DNA of 20,000 nt, taken from IMG/VR virus record IMGVR_UViG_3300031088_000603, one strand, 5' to 3'. The stretch comes from an uncultured virus (IMG/VR IMGVR_UViG_3300031088_000603) (Duplodnaviria; Heunggongvirae; Uroviricota; Caudoviricetes). Positions 14,945-20,000 of this stretch are shown piece after piece (positions within the stretch are counted from its first letter, which is position 1; every line of letters begins with the position of its first letter). Position numbers and translations under genes: made by a program. Under the pieces are notes generated by a model. That model saw nothing but the letters and a program-made list of their open reading frames with translations, had not been told where the DNA came from and searched no databases.

Positions 14945-16586
14945 TATCGCGGTCTCCGCTATATTGATAGCTTCGGGTCTTGTTACCGCCCCTGGTCTCA
15001 TCAACAATGCACGAGACAATAACGCCACAACCGATCTAGCAAACATCGCCTATGCCGAAGAGATGTTCATGGGCACCTCTGGGCAGTACCACGCTTCCCT
15101 TACGTCTAGCCAGGCTGACAGTAATGGCTTCTGGCTAGGTAAGCAGGAGAACATCAAGTACAACCTCTCGGGTAAGGTCTCGTCTCACAAGGGTCTCGTC
15201 TGCAAAGACACGAACTGGCACTACCTCGTCAAGGCAACATCTTCCAGCGGCAAGACGTTCTTCCGTGCATCCGACAGTGCAGTGACATCGACCGATATCA
15301 GTAAGCTGAATGTCCCTTCATGCATCAGCAGTCTTCCCGAATACGCTGATTTTGTGAGTGCTTCAACAGTAGTCGTACCTCCGGTAACTAGCCCGGGTGG
15401 CACCACCCCTACTAACCCAACTCCGGCTCCTGAAAAGCCGTTGGTATTCGCTAGCCCAGCTAGCCTTGATACGTCAGACATTGGCTCCTACATCAACTAC
15501 CGCTTGACCATGAAGGACGAATCTCGCGCAGTGACTTACGCTGTTGCCGAAGACTCTACCCTTCCACAGGGCATCGAATTGAAGCAGGACACATTGCAGG
15601 GTCGCGCCACTCAAATTGGTGACCACGAGTTCACTATTGAAGCAAAAGCGGGCGATGTTGTCGCTAGTCAAGACTTCAATATCAAGGTGAACCTCTACAA
15701 CGGTAGTCCGAAGGCTTCTGTAACTTCGAAGACGACCTACACCACAATCTCTTCAGACTATGCCGCAGAACCTACGGGAAGCATTCTTGCCACGGACGTA
15801 ACTGCCAACGGTGCCGTCTATTCAGTGCAGAACAACGCGCTCTACAAGATCAACGCCGGTTCCACCACAAAACAACTGGTTGCTGGTACTCCTGGTGTTT
15901 CTGGTACATCTGACGGACAGGGTTCAGAGGCTCAATTTGACTCATTGCGCAATGCTGTATCAGACACTAAGGGCAACATTTTCGTCTCTGACAGAACCTC
16001 GATCAGAAAGATTACTCCTGACGGATACGTCACAACAGTGGCTCGTTTTGACACAACCACTGTAAAGTCCATGAATATTGGTCCCGACAACCTTCTGTAC
16101 TTCACTCCGCAGACTGTCAATGGCTCCACAGTTCATGCGATTTACCGCTTGAACAAGGATCTTTCTGTTGAGCGATACGCCGGTAGCGCCGCCACGGGAA
16201 ACCAGAATGGCTCTCGTCTCGCAGCAACATTCAACGCACCTTACGGTATCGATTGGGACTCTCAGGGAAACATGCTGGTAGTTGATACCACGAACGGTCT
16301 ACTAAGGCAAATCACACCCGCAGGAACCGTCTCTACTGTTGTTGCAGTAAGTGCATACAACATCGTTATCGACTCGAACGATAACGCCTACCTCAGTGGA
16401 CCATATAGGGTCTTCAAGGTAACCAAATCCGGAGCGGTTACAACTGTTGCGGGTAACAGCACATCAGGAAATTCGAACGTCATCGGTGGTAGCTCTCTTG
16501 GAATTACACCGTTCATCGATCTAGATGCGCAGGGCAATCTTTACGTCACCGATTCCACAAACCGAGTAATTAGGGTAATACGATAA
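14886..16586 (+). CDS. Pilin-like adhesin 2: pilin-like + Ig-like + NHL-type beta-propeller
   Basis: Same N-terminal ~145 aa; TGATG coupling; repeats DTKGNIFVSD, DSQGNMLVVDTTNGLLRQI, DAQGNLYVTDSTNRVIRVI. Confidence 0.78.
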   Translation: MNTKCIYDDAAENSIMQTITIAVSAILIASGLVTAPGLINNARDNNATTDLANIAYAEEMFMGTSGQYHASLTSSQADSNGFWLGKQENIKYNLSGKVSSHKGLVCKDTNWHYLVKATSSSGKTFFRASDSAVTSTDISKLNVPSCISSLPEYADFVSASTVVVPPVTSPGGTTPTNPTPAPEKPLVFASPASLDTSDIGSYINYRLTMKDESRAVTYAVAEDSTLPQGIELKQDTLQGRATQIGDHEFTIEAKAGDVVASQDFNIKVNLYNGSPKASVTSKTTYTTISSDYAAEPTGSILATDVTANGAVYSVQNNALYKINAGSTTKQLVAGTPGVSGTSDGQGSEAQFDSLRNAVSDTKGNIFVSDRTSIRKITPDGYVTTVARFDTTTVKSMNIGPDNLLYFTPQTVNGSTVHAIYRLNKDLSVERYAGSAATGNQNGSRLAATFNAPYGIDWDSQGNMLVVDTTNGLLRQITPAGTVSTVVAVSAYNIVIDSNDNAYLSGPYRVFKVTKSGAVTTVAGNSTSGNSNVIGGSSLGITPFIDLDAQGNLYVTDSTNRVIRVIR

Positions 16587-18292
16587 TGAACACCAAATGC
16601 ATCTATGACGACGCTGCCGAAAACAGCATCATGCAGACAATCACAATTGCCGTCTCGGCTATCCTCATCGCCTCCGGGTTGGTGACTGCGCCGGGGCTAA
16701 TCAACAACGCGCGTGACAACAACGCCACTACCGACCTAGCAAACATCGCTTACGCCGAAGAGATGCTGTTGGGTACGTCCGGTCAGTACCACGCCTCCCT
16801 CACACAGGCACAAGCTGACTCCAGTGGCTTCTGGCTAGGTAAGCAGGAGAACATCAAGTACAGCCTTTCCGGAAAGGTCTCATCTCACAAGGCTCTTGTC
16901 TGTAGCGACCCGAACTGGCACTACCTTGTCAAGGCTACCTCGTCCAGCGGAAAGACGTTCTTCCGTGCATCTGGAAGTGCAGTGACATCGACTGATATCG
17001 CCAAGCTCAAGGTTCCTTCGTGCATCACAAACCTTCCCGCGTACTCTGAATTCATTAGTGGTGCTGTAGAGGCTCCGAATCCGACCACGCCGGTCAATCC
17101 TGACCCTCCTGTAGTTGTTGAGGCACCCCTAGCATTCACCACTGCTGCTAGCCAAAGTAGACTCATCAACCGCAGCATGGCTATGGACCTCGGTACCAAC
17201 TCTACTAAGTCCACCACGTACTCTGTCGTTGATGGAGAGCTTCCTACGGGTACCACTCTCAAAGACAGCGCCATCACGGGTGACGTAACCAAGGGAGGAA
17301 CCTACAACTTCACCATTGAGGCTAAGACACCCACTCAGACTGCTGAGCAGGACTTCACTGTCAAGGTTGTTCTCACCGAAGCCGCTGGCTGGAGTGCTGA
17401 GAGTCCGCTTAATGAGCAGGCTCATGACTGGAAGTATGTCCGCATGTCTCCTAGCAAGCAGTATCAGCTTGCTAACGATGGGTCAGGTACTTTCCGCTCG
17501 GCTGATTATGGTAGCTCATGGACCAAGGTAGCCTCCTTCACGGGCGATTATGTGCTCAGTGTCTCCAATGATGGTATGAAGATGTGGGCAGGTTCGCGTG
17601 CCAACGGAGATATCCAAAGAAGCCTAGATGGTGGATTGACATGGACCAAGATGAAGTCGATGGGATCTAAGGTTACGTTCATGGAAATGAGTGAGGATGG
17701 TTCAACTGTAGTCGTATCATTTGCTGGTGTTTCTGGTGTTTACAACTACAATAATGGTCTTACTGCTACAAGTACCCCCTCACAAACGCAACTATATGCA
17801 AGTACGCATTATTCGATGGTTGGAGCCAACAAGGGCGGCGGTTTTGTCCTGGCTATGTCGTATAGCGAAGACAGAATTAGGGTCGCGCGTACCCCTAGCG
17901 ATAACACCTATGTCACTGTTGCCGGATCTGGTTTTGGTCGAGGTTTCTGGATGGGCAAGTATGGAACAGCAGATGACAACATCACGGGCATCAACAAAGA
18001 TGGTGTTGTGTGGAAATCGACAAACGGAGGTTACAACTGGACCAAGGGTGTCACCACCCCCATGCTCAACATCACTGAACTTGAAGTGACCTCATCCGGT
18101 CACATCGTGGTCATCAACGACGGCAAGCTATTCCTCTCCAAAGATGCTGGTGCAACATGGACCAACATCTCTCCTAACCCTGATGACACCTACGTTTCGG
18201 TTGAGACAACCGCTGATAACGGAATCACCTTGGTGAGTTCTCAGGTCGGCGGTAAGGGTGGATACGTCTACAACTTCACTGGTACACTCTAA
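16586..18292 (+). CDS. Pilin-like adhesin 3: pilin-like + Ig-like + BNR/Asp-box beta-propeller
   Basis: Same N-terminus; TAATG coupling; Asp-boxes SADYGSSW, SLDGGLTW, STNGGYNW, SKDAGATW. Confidence 0.78.
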   Translation: MNTKCIYDDAAENSIMQTITIAVSAILIASGLVTAPGLINNARDNNATTDLANIAYAEEMLLGTSGQYHASLTQAQADSSGFWLGKQENIKYSLSGKVSSHKALVCSDPNWHYLVKATSSSGKTFFRASGSAVTSTDIAKLKVPSCITNLPAYSEFISGAVEAPNPTTPVNPDPPVVVEAPLAFTTAASQSRLINRSMAMDLGTNSTKSTTYSVVDGELPTGTTLKDSAITGDVTKGGTYNFTIEAKTPTQTAEQDFTVKVVLTEAAGWSAESPLNEQAHDWKYVRMSPSKQYQLANDGSGTFRSADYGSSWTKVASFTGDYVLSVSNDGMKMWAGSRANGDIQRSLDGGLTWTKMKSMGSKVTFMEMSEDGSTVVVSFAGVSGVYNYNNGLTATSTPSQTQLYASTHYSMVGANKGGGFVLAMSYSEDRIRVARTPSDNTYVTVAGSGFGRGFWMGKYGTADDNITGINKDGVVWKSTNGGYNWTKGVTTPMLNITELEVTSSGHIVVINDGKLFLSKDAGATWTNISPNPDDTYVSVETTADNGITLVSSQVGGKGGYVYNFTGTL

Positions 18293-18322
18293 ACACAGTT
18301 TGTCTCACAGAAAGAAGTAGCT

Positions 18323-18496
18323 ATGGGATTCCGATTCAGCCGCCGTATCCCCATCGGCAAGTTGTTCAGTGTCAACCTCTCGAAGAGTGGTGTCTCGCTC
18401 AGTGCCCGTAAGGGTAGGGTGAGCGTCAATAGTCGAGGCGGCGGTAGTATCAAGGTCGCTAAAGGTCTCTCCTATCGATTCGGTAAGACCCGATAG
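18323..18496 (+). CDS. DUF4236-domain small basic protein (57 aa), not in the ORF track
   Basis: MGFRFSRRIPIGKLFSVNLSKSGVSLSARKGRVSVNSRGGGSIKVAKGLSYRFGKTR matches the GFRF...NLSKSGVS...GLSYR pattern; AGAAAGAAG RBS. Confidence 0.85.
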   Translation: MGFRFSRRIPIGKLFSVNLSKSGVSLSARKGRVSVNSRGGGSIKVAKGLSYRFGKTR

Positions 18497-18504
18497 GAGA
18501 ACGA

Positions 18505-18546
18505 AAGAAAGCCCCTACTGTAACCCGATGCAGCAGGGGCTTTCTT
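18505..18546 (+). terminator. Intrinsic terminator ending the pilin-adhesin/DUF4236 operon
   Basis: AAGAAAGCCCCT / AGGGGCTTTCTT. Confidence 0.85.
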
Positions 18547-18551
18547 GTGTC

Positions 18552-18580
18552 TTGCGCTAAACAGATTTGTGTACTACTCT
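18552..18580 (+). promoter_or_regulatory. sigmaA-like promoter
   Basis: TTGCGC-17 bp-TACTCT. Confidence 0.68.
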
Positions 18581-18618
18581 GTAAGTAAGCAAGCACAACG
18601 ACCAAAGGATTGAGCATT

Positions 18619-18996
18619 ATGGCTGCCAAGACCCCTCTCCCCACCATTCCCGAACTGTTCATGCGCGCCCGCGTCTACGGCAAGGGTAACGGTCCTCAGT
18701 ACGAGGTCACCGGTCACAAGCTCGTTCCCGGTGACAACGACGACAACTTCAAGGTCTACGTCATCGAGACCATCGAGGGTGTCGGAGCAATGAGCTACAT
18801 CCTCCACGAGTTCACGGTGCGGAACCGGAAGCCCATCCTCGGGTTCAAGCGCAATCCGAGCATCACCGAGCGCTTCGTGGATGTCTACTTCAGCAACTAC
18901 AGCGCGGTCTACAACATGGAGCAGTACGGTGTCGTGGACCAGGAGGCGATCAACGCCGCTGCTAGAATCCCGCACCGCAGCCGCCCTCGCTTCTAA
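18619..18996 (+). CDS. Hypothetical protein (125 aa)
   Basis: AAAGGA RBS, ATG 18619, strong codon bias. Confidence 0.8.
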   Translation: MAAKTPLPTIPELFMRARVYGKGNGPQYEVTGHKLVPGDNDDNFKVYVIETIEGVGAMSYILHEFTVRNRKPILGFKRNPSITERFVDVYFSNYSAVYNMEQYGVVDQEAINAAARIPHRSRPRF

Positions 18997-19005
18997 GACC
19001 ACTGA

Positions 19006-19043
19006 GAACGACCCCGATTCGATATGAGTCGGGGTCGTTCTTC
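19006..19043 (+). terminator. Intrinsic terminator
   Basis: AGAACGACCCCGATTC / GAGTCGGGGTCGTTCT. Confidence 0.85.
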
Positions 19044-19167
19044 GTTGTGCCCGCTAGATCCCTTCTCACGCCTCGCCTGGGAAGCCCTGGGAGCCTTTGA
19101 GGCTGTACGTGAGCGGGTCTTCGCATAATGGTCCCAACGCCTTAGAGCGGCGTATACGGACGCACGA

Positions 19168-19202
19168 CAAATCCCCCGAGCTAGTTACTCTCGGGGGATT
19201 TG
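19168..19202 (-). terminator. Intrinsic terminator for 19214-19702
   Basis: CAAATCCCCCGAG / CTCGGGGGATTTG. Confidence 0.85.
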
Positions 19203-19213
19203 AACGAAACCTC

Positions 19214-19702
19214 CTACCAGAGATCCACGAAGGTCGGTTTGCCGATGTTGGCGATGAGGAACTTCTTCACGTCGCGAGCCTTAGCGATACCTCGGCTACG
19301 CTGACCGTCCGGGTACGGCTGCTCGTACTTCGAGATGTGCGGGAGGCTGAACGCGACCGTGATAGCCGGGATGATCTCAGGCGTGATGTAGACAACCCCG
19401 CCCTGACGCTTGTAGAGCGCACCGATGCTCTCCACAGCGAGGGGGATGTAGTCGTTTCGGTTGCCCGTGCTGCCGATCTTGAGTCCCGACACCTGACCCA
19501 CCCACACGTCATCGACGTAGTGGATCGGCTCGTAGTCGTTTGCCTCGGTGACCTTATCGGACAACTCGTTGTAACGCTTGATTCGGATGGCGATGTCTTC
19601 GGGCTTTGCGTCGTAGTCGTACTCGAAAGTAGCGAACTCACGAACGAGTGCGGGATCGAGGGTGTCGGGGTTGAAGGTGATGATGTGGAGATCTGCGGAC
19701 AT
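19214..19702 (-). CDS. Hypothetical protein (162 aa)
   Basis: AGGAG RBS; promoter TTGACG-17-TAGTGT (19743-19771); codon bias. Confidence 0.82.
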   Translation of the reverse strand: MSADLHIITFNPDTLDPALVREFATFEYDYDAKPEDIAIRIKRYNELSDKVTEANDYEPIHYVDDVWVGQVSGLKIGSTGNRNDYIPLAVESIGALYKRQGGVVYITPEIIPAITVAFSLPHISKYEQPYPDGQRSRGIAKARDVKKFLIANIGKPTFVDLW

Positions 19703-19748
19703 GATGTGTGCGCTCCTGTTGGTTGGCTTATGTATTAGTCAAACACTA

Positions 19749-20000
19749 CTAGAAGAGCCTCAGTTCGTCAAGTTTGACAATGACGGGAGTGGCTAGCTCT
19801 TGGATAGCTTCGACAAGGTTGGCATCTGAGAGAACATCCCCCTCGCTGGCTTCCATGAGCAGCCATTCGATGTTTTGTTCGGGGATGGTATGTGAGACGA
19901 CTTCGGCGTTATCGAAAGACAGGTAGCTGTACGGTGACTCTTCAAAACCGCCGCCATCATGCTCGATAACAACCTTCACCTTGAAGGTGATCTCTCCGAG
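19749..20000 (-). CDS. Hypothetical acidic protein, probably 5'-truncated by the window edge
   Basis: Frame stays open from 20000 (LGEITFKVKVVIEHD...) to TAG at 19749. Confidence 0.6.
   Translation of the reverse strand, partial: LGEITFKVKVVIEHDGGGFEESPYSYLSFDNAEVVSHTIPEQNIEWLLMEASEGDVLSDANLVEAIQELATPVIVKLDELRLF

Noticed and set aside
13168..18292. Shufflon or diversity-generating retroelement acting on the adhesins
   Set aside because: All three are full-length genes in the same orientation; no recombinase, inverted sfx-like sites, reverse transcriptase or adenine-specific TR/VR pair is visible in the window.
17380..18292. Calling adhesin 3 a sialidase
   Set aside because: Asp-boxes only indicate a propeller fold; no RIP motif or arginine triad is recognisable.
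1..20000. tRNA, rRNA, CRISPR array, IS element or integrase
   Set aside because: No cloverleaf, regularly spaced repeats, transposase or recombinase motifs seen; the hairpins sit at gene ends and are explained as terminators.

Overview
Gene-dense, mosaic window (moderately GC-rich, most genes with strong C/G third-position bias) that looks like the accessory region of a large actinobacterial mobile element (jumbo phage or megaplasmid). This is inferred from many short orphan genes, each with its own sigmaA-like promoter and intrinsic terminator, and from several apparently leaderless promoters; no hallmark replication or virion gene is present. Recognisable genes: TM2-domain protein, HAD 5'(3')-deoxyribonucleotidase, TerF-type vWA protein, SprT-like metalloprotease and a stand-alone DUF4236 protein missed by the ORF track. 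Most notable observations: (1) three translationally coupled genes (13168-18292) with a conserved type IV pilin-like N-terminus carrying a non-canonical prepilin motif, an Ig-like domain and different beta-propeller heads (two NHL-like, one Asp-box), plus a fourth pilin-like gene with the same odd motif at 46-750; (2) a tandem pair of membrane-anchored zincin paralogues, one intact (HEYSH) and one catalytically dead (KQYAR); (3) a shared N-terminal tag (LTxTPIVDxNGKxTxV) on two otherwise unrelated adjacent proteins whose promoters share a GTTTCGT element; (4) a leaderless 10-codon uORF followed by an RBS-sequestering stem upstream of 6750. All family calls come from motif recognition by eye; no database search was run.
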